DNA of 46,993 nt from assembly GCF_001194135.2 (NCBI RefSeq), contig NC_068987.1, positions 17,914,669 through 17,961,661 on the forward strand. The letters run 5' to 3'. The first letter of the stretch is position 1. Every line of letters starts with the position of its first letter. The translations under genes were made by a program, and so were the position numbers. Positions 13,040 to 24,465 of the stretch are shown here, in pieces. The stretch comes from Octopus bimaculoides (lineage: Eukaryota). Below the pieces are notes generated by a model that made no database searches, was not told the origin of the DNA, and saw only the letters and a list, made by a program, of their open reading frames with translations.

Positions 13040-13085
13040 AAATATATATGAACAGCTTAGATGCTTTAAATTCAAGGATTTACGT
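13040..13085 (+). CDS. Candidate 46-nt exon, product unknown
   Basis: Acceptor gttctctactttgcag| and consensus donor |gtaagt. Two frames are open (IYMNSLDALNSRIY or NIYEQLRCFKFKDLR). Confidence 0.3.
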
Positions 13086-13249
13086 GTAAGTATGAACTGG
13101 TGATGAGGTCATGTGTGGGATAATAATTTCCAGCTAATGTTTAATAATTTCTGTCTTTACATTATACATAACCATCTGGTCATTCTTTAATTCTCTTTTG
13201 ATTCACTCTACATCAATGTACCACATATTTTATAAGTTGATTATGTCAT

Positions 13250-13640
13250 TTAAGTATCTTAATTGTTTCAAGCTCAGCCGTTATGAAGTCAGCATCGGAT
13301 TGCTGACAAATAAAGCGACAAGGTTCAACATTCCGATATCAACCCTCTACTTCCCTATCAAGTAGTAATGTCTTCACTACACATAGCTCCTGACTGCGAA
13401 GAAAATGATATCTGTGAAGCTTATTTATTTCATGCGTTAACATAAAATAGGCGGAACTCTTATCAAACAGCTAAATTTAAATGCTACGAGATTTAAGTAG
13501 TAACAGGTTTCTCAGAAGTCTGTTCGTATCTGAGCGAGAAACGTAATGAATAAGTAGTCAAATGATTAAATATTCGCTGAGANNNNNNNNNNCGATGCTG
13601 ACTTCATAACGGCTGAGCTTGAAACAATTAAGATACTTAA
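13250..13640. repeat. Perfect 48-bp inverted repeat (13250-13297 / 13593-13640) bounded by TTAA
   Basis: TTAAGTATCTTAATTGTTTCAAGCTCAGCCGTTATGAAGTCAGCATCG and its exact reverse complement. The right arm starts at a 10-N gap. Confidence 0.85.
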
Positions 13641-14464
13641 GAGAGTGGTTGTTAAACGTTAGTCTTAATGGTGAGAAGTTCAATGGTGTTTCCAATGTGT
13701 GCGTATATTAAGTTGACCAGCGATTCATCTGGGTAATGATACAAACTATTGCTGAGACATTACACAATGACACCGAAGGTAAGATAACATCATGTAGTAG
13801 AGTGCGTGTGTGCGCATGCGTGGGCGCCTATGTATGATTATAGGCAATGAGAAAAGTAAGCATGTTGACGTGAGTTCAATTTCTACGATGAATGCGTTCG
13901 GTGTTTTCGGTGGCCCAACAAAAGGCTTCGTGTTATATATAGTCTCAAATAACGATACTTTTTGATTATCTCACCCCCATTAAAAATAATTGGGTTATCT
14001 CTCCCAACTAAAAAAAATTGTTCAACCCTCAATAAAACAAAAAAAAAGGGGAAAAAATTAATAAACATGAAAAACGAAAAGATTAAACGTCTTATTGAAT
14101 CTGATAATATTTTTATGACAAATTGTACAAAACTGAAAAAGTCAATAAAGATGAAAACTGAAAAAATTAAACATCTTACTATGTCTATTTGAGGAGGCCA
14201 AACGTCAACAATGTGTTGAAGTACTGAGTCAAAAGGATCTAACTCTTTTAATCCAATCACTTGTTGCCACGATAACACGATTTTTTAGTGGGGAGGTAAC
14301 CCAAACAACCAAATAAAATGTGCATACATACGTACTATATTCACACACACATACATATTTATGCCTTATCCACGTGTGTATATATANNNNNNNNNNNNNN
14401 NNNNNNNNNNNNNNNNNNNNNNNNNNNNNNNNNNNNNNNNNNNNNNNNNNNNNNNNNNNNNNNN

Positions 14465-14660
14465 ATATTACAAATGGAGAAGGCCGGTTTATGGTATTAC
14501 CTTAGGTTTACCATCCACAAAAGGTTTAGCTTTATGGCGTATCGTCAGATACCGAAAACCTGTCTTGGTTTTGGTATCTGACGATACACCATAAGCTAAA
14601 TCCTTCATGGACTGCAAACCTAAGTTAATCCCATAAACCGGCCTTCCCCATTTTAAATAT
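14465..14660. mobile_element. Fold-back MITE-like element (~96-bp arms, 6-nt loop)
   Basis: Left arm ATGGAGAAGGCCGGTTTATGG...CGTATCGTCAGATACCGAAAACC pairs with right arm GGTTTTGGTATCTGACGATACACC...CCATAAACCGGCCTTCCCCAT with scattered mismatches. Confidence 0.75.
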
Positions 14661-15079
14661 ATACAGCTCTATATCTTAGAGTGTGCTTCTTTTGGATTTA
14701 TGCTTTTTTACAAACGATATATATACATCCATATGTGTGTGTGAGTGTGCGCGCATATGTATTTGTATAAACCCATGTGAATCAGTATGTTCATTTGTGT
14801 AACTATGAGTGTCTATGGAAAGGAAGAGCGAGATTTAAAACCGTGAAGGTGCTCGTGATAGAATGCATAATATGCTCACTCCGAAATCTTGACATCTTGG
14901 GTTCAATATCACTGCATGGCATCTTGATCAAATGTCTTTTAACATAAATATTCTCTCATCATACCTGAATCCTCGTGTAGGACAGAGGGCAAACTATTTA
15001 GAATTCGTTCGATCTTTCCATTTTAAAATGACAAATCTCTTACACACACCATGTCCCACTGATACTACATTCCTTTTTT

Positions 15080-15283
15080 CTTTTTACTTGTTTCAGTCAT
15101 TTGAATGCGGCCATGATAGAGCACCACATTTTAGTCGAACAAATTGACCCCGGACTTATTCTTTGTAAGCCTAGTACTTAATCTATGGGTCCTTTTTGCC
15201 GAACCGCTAGCTTACGGGGACGTGAGCACACCAACATCGGCTGTCAAGCGAGGTGGGGAGGACAGAGACACACATGTACTACA

Positions 15284-15324
<41 letters not shown>

Positions 15325-15448
15325 CGACGGGCTTCTTTCAGTTTCCGTCTACCAAATCCACTCACAAGTCTTTGGTCAGCCCACAGCTATAGTAGAAGAC
15401 AATTGATCAAGGTATCACTCAGTAGTTCTGAACCCGGAAGCATGTGGT
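15080..15448 (-). mobile_element. Composite SINE, family A, with internal (TA)n
   Basis: Shares GTTTCAGTCATTTG..., CTTATTCTTTGTAAGCCTAGTACTT and CAGTTTCCGTCTACCAAATCCACTCACAA blocks with the copies at 17541, 32635 and 43001. Confidence 0.85.
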
Positions 15449-15649
15449 NNNNNNNNNNNNNNNNNNNNNNNNNNNNNNNNNNNNNNNNNNNNNNNNNNNN
15501 NNNNNNNNNNNNNNNNNNNNNNNNNNNNNNNNNNNNNNNNNNNNNNNNNNNNNNNNNNNNNNNNNNNNNNNNNNNNNNNNNNNNNNNNNNNNNNNNNNNN
15601 NNNNNNNNNNNNNNNNNNNNNNNNNNNNNNNNNNNNNNNNNNNNNGTGT

Positions 15650-15890
15650 GTATTTATTGAGCAAAAATACCTAAAGCTCCACGAGGCTCCGGCAAGGGTG
15701 GGGGGTGACCTCTGTTTATTCTTTCGCCCCAAATTCATCTAACTCTCTCTTCCTGTTTCTTGAGTAAAGCTGCGATGGACTGGCGTCTCGTCCAGCAGGT
15801 GGGGGGGGGGGACACATACACTATAGAAACTGGGAAACGGGGACCATGAGCCTGGCTAGGCTTTAAAAGGGTGCATAAAAAAATAAAAAA
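15650..15890 (+). mobile_element. SINE fragment, family C body plus tail
   Basis: CCTAAAGCTCCACGAGGCTCCGGCAAGG is the reverse complement of a block in the 25456-25758 copy. GCGATGGACTGGCGTCTCGTCCAG tail motif follows. Confidence 0.65.
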
Positions 15891-16944
15891 TAAAAACACA
15901 TGTCCGTGGTATACTCAGCCGCTTGTATGCAAATTGAATGAGTCGGTAATTCAGTTGATTGAACACCTGGAATATTTATTGAGGAAACCAACGATGGAAA
16001 TCTACTTTATTATATCTGTAAGCTCTTTTTAAGTAGATATAAATATTCATATATTCATTAATGTATAGAGCCGGGCGTATATGTGTGTTTGCATGTGTGT
16101 ATATTGGTATTTTTGTATATGTGTTTCTGTGTGTGTGTATTGGTTGCTTGGTGTGACTTGCGAAGGTAAATAAACTCATGTATATATCATTCAATGCATA
16201 TACGATTAAATATGCATTCATACACACATACACGCGCACAGCAATGTACACATGTGCACATACACACACACAGGTACACACATAAGCAATTACATGTAAG
16301 AATATACGTCATATATGAGATTCAACGCAGAGAAAAGAATACAGAAACGCAGACATATTCATACATAAATATGTGTGTATATACGCACACACACACACAC
16401 ACTCACGCGCGGTCACTATTTCTCTCTCTCACACACGCACATACACATGCACGTACGAACACACACACACATATGTATGCACATGCATACACGCATTCAT
16501 GTATACTTACATACATACCTACGTTACGTACATACATACGTACGTTCATGTATGTGTGTGTACATGTCTCTCTACACACACGTGCGTGTGTGCGCCCGCG
16601 TGTATGTGTATGGAATGTGTATGTATGTTCGTATCCTTGTCTATGCCTTTCATTAAATATGCATACGTTATACTTCACCAACAGAGTTGAAAAACATACC
16701 CTGTGATATATAGGAATGCGTAGGAATTCATAGCAATATATTTAATTCACGTTTGTGAACTCTTATAGCATTAAATAAACGTTTTCACTTCTATAATAAT
16801 ATATTTTTATGTATAAATATATATACGTTTCCTCTTTATAATTAGAAAAACATATAACATATAAATATATATTTAAAATATATGCGAAAAACAAATGATG
16901 CTTGTGTTATTTTTGCTGAGAGTTCTTTTTTTTTGTGGTTATAG

Positions 16945-16981
16945 ATTAATATATTTTACAGTTGGCTTTATTTTTGAAATG
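16945..16981 (+). CDS. Candidate micro-exon (37 nt; 20 nt if the 16962 acceptor is used)
   Basis: Acceptors ...ttttgtggttatag| or ...atattttacag|, donor ATG|gtaagg. Reads LIYFTVGFIFEM. Confidence 0.2.
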
Positions 16982-17540
16982 GTAAGGAAGGCGGTTCGTG
17001 TCTTATTAAATGCCCTAGAGGAAGTACCAGTAAAGTCCCAACGGCTTAAATTCAATAATCACATTAATCTACGAACAGCATCTGATTATTGGTGCATGTT
17101 AAAATACAATTTAAATTACCATTTTATTTTTATGAAAAAGAAAAATAGATATTTGATAAATTTACATAACTGAATTTATTTTAATATAAATTTTCCCTTA
17201 AACTGTTTAGATTTATCGTTTTTCACAAATTTAAATAGTATTTTCATATAATATTTTTCCTCCTTTCGTTCTTTTGTTTTTTTCTTTTACGCTTTACATT
17301 TTTATATTTTCTCAGTAACTTTTAATACTGTTTTTCTTTTCTTTTAATTAATTTCGTTTTATTTTACACAATGTTTAATTACTTTAAAGAGACTTTAATT
17401 GCTTTCAGAAATAAAAATATTCATAAATTTTTTCCATAATAATTCTCATTTAGAGGTTACCTTTATACAAAAATGCGTCGCCAAGATAAGTAATAAATAG
17501 TAGCAAGTAAATAATATATGTACTGTGAGATATAAATATC

Positions 17541-17737
17541 TCTTTCATTTTTTAATTGTTTCAGTCATTGGACTGCGCTCATGCTGAAGCACCTCGCCGA
17601 AGTGTTTTAGTCGAAATAATCCACGCTCTTTCTTTTAAAGTTTGGTATTTATTCTATCAATCGTTTATACTGAACAGCTAAGTTACCAGTTTTTGAGCTG
17701 TGGGCAGGGAAAAACAAAGGGACACACACACACACAC

Positions 17738-17786
<49 letters not shown>

Positions 17787-17958
17787 CATATAGACGACAG
17801 GCTCTCACGCAGTTTCCGTCAACCAAATTCACTCACAAGGCATTGGTCGGCCTGGTGCTATAGAACAAGACACTTTTGCAAGAGGTTCTGCATAGTGGGA
17901 CTGAACCCAAAACCACATGATTGCAAAGCGTGCTTTTTAACCACACAACCATGCTCGC
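17541..17958 (-). mobile_element. Composite SINE, family A, with internal (CA)/(TA)n
   Basis: Same conserved blocks as the other family-A copies. Confidence 0.85.
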
Positions 17959-18376
17959 AACTACACCTAGTAGATATAGTCCTCTATTCTGGGATAGTAA
18001 TTATCTCAGCCCACATGATTTACCTATATTTCCTCAAACGTGAATTGAATCTATTATTTTATTTTCTCATGCAACTTTTTTAAATGTTAGCTTAACTGAG
18101 ATTGATCGTTTCATAGTCTAAAATGTTTCGTTTCAAATACTGAAACATTAATACTTTATCATTTAAATCTGAATCACAACAATCTCTAATTCATTCGGAA
18201 GTGTTCTCTGTAGCAGATGTATTTTGTTTCAACAAAAGCCTGATATGTAGTTTTTAACACAACATGTTTATGAAGACATTTTCTCTCAGACGAAACCACA
18301 GCATCATATCTTTTCAATGGTGTGTACTCGTCAGCTATGACACAAAGATGGCTATTTCAATATTATGACGTTGCAA

Positions 18377-18594
18377 AGGCGGTGATCTGCCAGAAACGTT
18401 AGCACGCCGGGCGAAATGCTTAGCAGTATTTCATCCGTCTTTATGTTCTGTGTTCAAATTCTGCTGAGGTCGACTTTGCTTTTCATCCTTTTGGGGTTCC
18501 TAAATTACGTATCAGTTGCGTTCTGGGTTCGATCTAATCAACAGGCCCTTCCCCCAAAATTCCGGGCCTTGTGCCTAGAGTAGAAAAGAATATG
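18377..18594 (+). mobile_element. tRNA-derived SINE, family B
   Basis: AGGCGGTGATCTGCCAGAAACGTTAGCACGCCGGGCGAAATGCTTAG head, GTGTTCAAATTC B-box, tail ...GTGCCTAGAGTAGAAAAGAAT. Confidence 0.88.
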
Positions 18595-19234
18595 ATGTTT
18601 CGATTGCAGCAATATTTCTCTTGCCTTTCCGGTTGTTGATATTACCTGTTGGTGCCACTTTTGACAAAGATATCACGCAATTTTGTTTGCTATTCTTGTT
18701 TTGCTTTTTGTTTTTTTTTTGGGGGGGGGGCTTTTTGTTTATGGCGTGTTTTTCGTAGGTGGAGGTGTCTATCAGGAAGCAGGAATGAACTCACAACGTA
18801 CAAAACCCAATCAGATTTTGCAAGCCATGTCTTTTCTCAGTATAACCCTTCCTTGCATGTCATTGTCTGTTCCCGGTACTTTATTTAATGATTTCAAATT
18901 AAGGAAAAACAATACAATCCTCAATGGGATTTGGACTCAGAGAGTTGGAAGAAACAATGCTTTATATGTTCTGACGTTCAAAAGACTCTGTCGCAGTTCG
19001 CCACTTGAGATTAAACAACAAAAAACGCCATAAATATAAAATGACTACTTTGCTTCTCGTTATAATATGCGAAAGTTACTTGGGGCAATATCCTTCATAA
19101 AAAAATCTATTTTGTTTTACAAGACTCTCACATCGTGTGAGAAAATGATAAATAGATATTGATTTACAACAGTTACATTATTAATAGATGTATTGGAGAT
19201 GGCGGTGGTTGACATTTAAGTTGACTGCATTAGT

Positions 19235-20300
19235 TACTCTGGACTTAGAATAGCCTCTGATTTAGGCTCAACACCAGGAATTATAAGGAGGTCGATACTA
19301 TCGACCCCAGTATTTTACTATATCCACACCGGAGCAATTCAAAGGTAAAGTTGTGTTCGACAGAACGTAAATAGCGGGAAGAAATACGATGAAGCAATTT
19401 TCTGACGCTCTAACGATTCTTCTACCTCACCGCCTAATTCTGGACTTACAATTCTTTCGCACAAGGACAGAAATTCTGAGGCGAGGGGACAAGTCTATAA
19501 CATCGACTCCAATGGTTGACTGGCATTTTATCTTTGAGGCCCAAGAGGGATTAAAAGTAACGTTATCATCAATGAAATTTGAGCTAAGAATGTGAAGATT
19601 CGGAAGAAATTAAGTGAAGCATTTTCTCATTCACGGTTTTCCAGCTCACCATCTTATTCTGAACATATAGTTTTCTCTTCTACGGGCAATATGCTTGAAT
19701 TCAGAGGTGAAACAAGGCTAGTTGATTACATTGACCGCCATTGCTCAAATAATATTTATGTTATCAACACCCGAAATACTGAAAGGCAAAGTTGACTTCG
19801 ATGAAATTTGAACTTAGAATGTAAAGAACCGGAAGAAATACCGTACTATCGAGCATTTATCTAACCATACATCCAGTTCATCGTTTAATTCTGAACTTAT
19901 AATTATTTCTTTATTGCTCACAGGCGGGGCGGCTAAACACAGAGGGGGCAAACAAGGACAGACAAAGGGATTACGGTCGATGTAATCTACCCCAGTGCGT
20001 AACTGGTACTTATTTAATTGACACCCAAATGATGAAAGGCAAAGTCCACCTCAGTGGAATTTGAACTCAGAACGTAACGGCAGACGAAATACCGCCAAGT
20101 ATTCTGCCCGGCGTGCTTACGAATCTGCCAGCTCGCCGCTCTCTACTTCTGAACTTATAATGTCATCATTTGAGAAATGAAAGTCAGAGTCTATTCCAAT
20201 GGGATTTGAACCCAGAGCCAAAGAAGATAATTACTAATTGCCATAGATAATTAATGATCATTTGTCGCTCTTGTGGTTCAGCATTCTGCCCACTTACTCT
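19235..20300 (-). mobile_element. Tandem array of five family-B-type SINE copies separated by a recurring ~18-bp direct repeat
   Basis: SINE bodies at about 19251-19435, 19452-19654, 19671-19886, 19903-20140 and 20161-20300 (partial). Spacer cores at 19237, 19438, 19657, 19889 and 20147. Confidence 0.8.
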
Positions 20301-21275
20301 ATAAATATACATTAATATCGTATAATTGATATGTCAGAAAAATTATCGACTATTTTACGTAGAATTATGAGTGGATATTATATTTAGTAACGTGTTTCCT
20401 CTGATCCGCAACTCCGGGAACACCATTATTCTCTGAAAGGAAATATTAAATTCCTTTATTTTCTTTAGTTATTTTTTTTATCGTTACATAGATAAGAGTC
20501 AGTGAGAAATTTAACACAGTATTATATCCAGCGGATGTGATAATATAATTTTATCCATAACCGCTTAAAACTGAAGAAACGTGTAGGCTGCAATTGATCG
20601 CAATAAATAAAGTGATTTGTTAATATTGTTTTTCATATTGTATTACTTATAAAGATTAACAAAAACATAATGAAATTTTGTTTTTTCATCATACCCAAGA
20701 CTATATATTAAATAAATTGTTTATTTATTACAATATTGATATATTTTTTTCATATACGGAACTCTGATATATAATATTTTAGATAAATAAAGGTACACCA
20801 CATGTGAAAATAATGGCATGACAGATTCAGGGTTTATATCTCAATAGACAAAGATTAAACATCTCTTTTCTCCGGCGCCTTTTATTCTGAGTGCTGTGGA
20901 GAAAATGTTAGAAACAGAAGACATCGGCAAGTTTTCTGTAATTATATGAAGACATACGTGCATACATACATACATACATACATACATAATATTAATGTTT
21001 TGCTTAAGGAAGGTGATACGGTGTTAGAATTCAATACACATATGCTTCAGAGGAAAGCGTTAGTCGAATATATATATATAGCGTAAAAAGAGATTATATA
21101 ACAGAAAAGGAACAACATATTATGTAATGAACTTTATTATAAAAGTTCTCGTTGCCTTGTCATTTATATAATCTTAGATCGATAGATAGATAGATAGATA
21201 GATAGATACATACATACATACATACATACATACATACTTACATGTATATATATACATACATACATACATACATAC

Positions 21276-21276
<1 letters not shown>

Positions 21277-21339
<63 letters not shown>

Positions 21340-21357
21340 CAATAATAATAATAATAA
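21277..21357. repeat. (AAT)n microsatellite, preceded by (GATA)n/(CATA)n
   Basis: Direct reading. Confidence 0.95.
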
Positions 21358-21359
21358 TG

Positions 21360-21795
21360 AAATACCAAGCACTGGTTCTCATGTCTTCTGATTTTAACTG
21401 TCTGGAAGTGTTATCATATACATAGTTTTTCTTGTGCATCTCTGATCACAAGCAGAAATAATGGTGGGGAGGATCATAGCCATATGTTGAGAGGAATTCT
21501 TTGGAAGTTTGAATAATTCACCTCTGAAAATGTGGGTGTTTTGTTCATCATCCTTAAACAACTCTTATTCAGAGTCCTTTTGAGCGGGATGGGCTACTCG
21601 GGCTGAAGAAAATTATAAGTGGGAACTATCTGCAAGGTCATGCGCTGTTTATCTTGATATGAGATCACCATGTGGCACACACATGGTTGTGATGCAGGTA
21701 CCTTTATCAGACGGGTACTTATGATGGGTATATTGAGCTTCGTATATTTGTACTTCAGTGTCATTTTCATGGCATGTGCTGCTCTCACACTCATT
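21360..21795. mobile_element. Unclassified non-coding interspersed repeat embedded in (TAA)n, possibly the UTR of a TAA-targeting non-LTR element
   Basis: Complex, more GC-rich ~435-bp block with TAA runs on both sides; resembles a repeat I recall from octopus DNA (unverified). Confidence 0.45.
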
Positions 21796-21839
21796 AATAA
21801 TAATAATGAGCTTGTTGTTTACAACACTTTGATTCACCA

Positions 21840-22145
21840 TAACTCAACTGAAATTTTTTTAAATAGAGTAAAAATCAACAATACGTCAAAGAAAGAAATA
21901 CAGGAGTGAAAGCTAGAATTACATGCATAGTGTAGAGTATAATACACAAATAAGCAGAAAAGTGAACAATAAAAGACCTATAAAAAGGAAAGGGTGCATA
22001 GGCACATTAAAAATAATGTTGGTGAAGTTAGGGAATCATGGAATTTTTGAAGGTTACAGTGCCCTGATAGCTAGCAACCAATCTGAATAGTTTATTTCAT
22101 GTTTCGACAACTTGGGGCGTGAAAATATTTTTCTAGACATTAATC
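21840..22145 (-). mobile_element. 3' end of a CR1-type LINE
   Basis: Minus strand RKNIFTPQVVET*NK.FRLVASYQGTVTFKNSMIP resembles the CR1 terminal R..FF..RVV..WN.LP..VV......FK motif. Confidence 0.65.
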
Positions 22146-22176
22146 ACCATCACTACTAATACGTCCACCACTATCA

Positions 22177-22479
22177 TCACGCAAGTATTAGTAAATAACT
22201 CCTGCGAAGAGCGAAACCCTTATCAACAAATTCTATCCTAAACGGCAATCGAATATCGAATGTATATCGTATGCTATCAATATAAGTATTTGCATAACTT
22301 TTAGTGTCCGCGGCAGACTTATTAGATTTATGAGTCATGTGAAAGGCGTTACCGATATAATTTATACGAATAGATTGGTATGTATTGATTATTTTGTGAC
22401 TAAGCGGCACAATCGAGAATGCAATAGTTGATGACCATATAAGGAAGAAGCACAGAAAGTCTAATGACAACCGCTTCAT
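22177..22479 (-). CDS. Candidate 100-aa ORF or first coding exon with a signal-peptide-like N-terminus
   Basis: MKRLSLDFLCFFLIWSSTIAFS... in non-repetitive sequence; possible donor ATCG|gtaacg. No homology recognised. Confidence 0.25.
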   Translation of the reverse strand: MKRLSLDFLCFFLIWSSTIAFSIVPLSHKIINTYQSIRINYIGNAFHMTHKSNKSAADTKSYANTYIDSIRYTFDIRLPFRIEFVDKGFALRRSYLLILA

Positions 22480-22991
22480 TTTGAAAAGCATAATTTTAGA
22501 TCAGCAGATTTTTTCTCTTTTCTGTTGTTTTACTGTTTTTCTTTCGTTTTGTAAAAACCGCCATTACATAGTAAATTCTATTTCGAGAATTACTCTCTGT
22601 AGTCGTTGGATTGGGATATAAACCATAGATTACTGCTACTAAATGCAACATCTTGGATACTATATTAATTAAATGATTCCCTTTGTCACATTTTGTAGCT
22701 TGTTTAAACCGCTTTTAAGCTACTAATCTCATTGATCAGTATATTAATCTTCTCATCACCATTTATATCCAGCAATACTTTTACAATACACTGCGTACTA
22801 TTTTTGTACATTGACTAGCTGTACATACAATATGAAACTGTGCAAGAAATAAATGGATGTTGACCTCATTTAAAACATTGTTAATGAATATATTGCTGTT
22901 TGGTTAAGAAATTTGCTTTGCAACCACGTGCTTTTGGTGTCTTCAATAATTGCCCCCGGTCGAATGTCTTCTGAGGGAATTTAGTTGTAGA

Positions 22992-23025
<34 letters not shown>

Positions 23026-23026
23026 T

Positions 23027-23105
<79 letters not shown>

Positions 23106-23128
23106 TGTGTGCGTGCACATGTGTGTGT
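22992..23128. repeat. Long (GT)n microsatellite
   Basis: Direct reading. Confidence 0.95.
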
Positions 23129-23164
23129 TTAGTATACCTTCTACTGCTTAATGACCAATGTTAG

Positions 23165-23877
23165 CGATTTCGGGTGTTTCCAGTCCAATATCTGCCTTTT
23201 GGATTCTGAGTCAAAATGATCGACCCAAGTCATATCTCCTGTGACCATTATCACCATAGAATCTTTGCATTCATCGTAGTAGCATTCGAGTAAGCGCTGA
23301 CAGATTTCCACACGATTGTCTTACGCGCTTCGATAAGCTCTCTTGGAACCCGTTTCGCACAGATTATACGCAAGTGAAACTGGCCGTGAAGGATTTCGTA
23401 TGCAGAGCCATGACTAATTCGCAGAGAACATGCTACCTCATCGAGGGTCTCTCTTCTTCTCACCAGAGCAATCTCACGTGAATTTTCACGTCAGTGGTGG
23501 AAGTTGATGGGCGTCCTGCTCCCTCTTCGTGCTTCACATTTATTAGGCTGTTTTTAAACTTCACGATTCACTGATACACACTTCTAGGCGCTAGTGCGCT
23601 GTTCTTGTACTGTACTGAAAACCTGTGATGAATTTCAGCCACTGACATTCCTTCAGATAGAGAAACTGCATCACTGATCTCAGTTCATCCTTGGTGCACA
23701 CTGCCTGCAGAGTGGCCATGTTTACTCTGCAACAGAAGAAAGAAAACCGAAACGATCAAGTTCAAACCTAGATCACATTACAAGTGTACCAACTCTTATC
23801 ACGCGAGTGCTAAAGTCAGCGCAGCCACAATAAAGAAAATCTTCGCGAAAGTGTGAATAATTTTTGACTTCTTATGC
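23165..23877 (-). mobile_element. Decayed mariner (Tc1/mariner, DD34D-type) transposon, 5' half
   Basis: Minus strand MATLQAVCTKDELRSVMQFL..EGMSVAEIHHR...GAGRPSTST...TLDEVACSLRISHGSAYEILH....IICAKRVPREL...VTGDMTW...DSESKRQILDWKHP contains the GRP, KWVP-like and VTGDETW-like motifs. A TIR-like end lies near 23850-23877. Confidence 0.88.
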
Positions 23878-23924
23878 ATGTATGTGTGTGCTTGTTTATA
23901 TGTATGTGTGTGTGTGTGTGCGTG

Positions 23925-23977
<53 letters not shown>

Positions 23978-24044
23978 ATGTATGTGTGTGTTTTGTAGTA
24001 TGTGTCCTTAAAACTTATATTTTCATGGCTCTATGGTTATGAAT

Positions 24045-24465
24045 TGAGCTTCTCAACTACATGGCTCAGTCCCATTGATTGCTACCTTGCAAAAATGTAT
24101 TCCACTATGGCCTCGGGCCAATCAAAGCCTTGTGGAGTTGTTGTGGTAGACGGAAACTGAAGGTAGCTCGTCGTATATGTGCGTGTGTGTGTATGAATAT
24201 GTGTGTATGTGCATGTGTATATGTGCGTGCGCGTGTGTGTGTGAATGTGTACGTCTTTGTGTCTGTGTTTGTCCTCCACCACCGCTTGACAACTGGTGTT
24301 GGTGTGTTTGCGTCCCGGTATTTAGCAGTTTGGCAAAAGATACTGATAGATTAAATATCAGGCGCTAAGGAAAAGATGATAAAATAAGTACTAGAGTTGA
24401 TTTATTTTACTAAAATTCTTCGATGGCCACAAGTCTAATCACTTAAACAAGTAAAAGTTAAAAGA
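24045..24465 (+). mobile_element. Diverged composite SINE, family A, with internal (TG)n
   Basis: GGCCTCGGGCCAATCAAAGCCTTGTG...GGTAGACGGAAACTGAAG and TGTGTTTGTCCTCCACCACCGCTTGACAAC blocks. Confidence 0.8.

Noticed and set aside
13883-14278. 131-aa hydrophobic minus-strand ORF suggesting a membrane protein
   Set aside because: The hydrophobicity comes from T-runs opposite A-rich sequence; there are no family motifs or convincing splice sites.
12030-16981. Voltage-gated channel S4/S2-like look of YRSIMIFRLL and FTVGFIFEM
   Set aside because: Too few periodic arginines, wrong spacing to an S5 helix, and no pore or other channel exons in the window.
18683-19033. 116-aa plus-strand ORF behind a strong acceptor at 18758
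   Set aside because: No recognisable domain, and its 5' part runs through T/G homopolymers; kept only as a possible short terminal exon.
19235-20300. CRISPR array
   Set aside because: The repeat-spacer layout is only superficially similar: the spacers are 200-250-bp homologous SINEs, the repeats are short and degenerate, there are no cas genes and the context is eukaryotic.
11728-22300. Octamer motifs (ATTTGCAT/ATGCAAAT near 11730, 15927, 22288)
   Set aside because: Isolated 8-mers are expected by chance in AT-rich DNA; there is no snRNA gene or promoter context.
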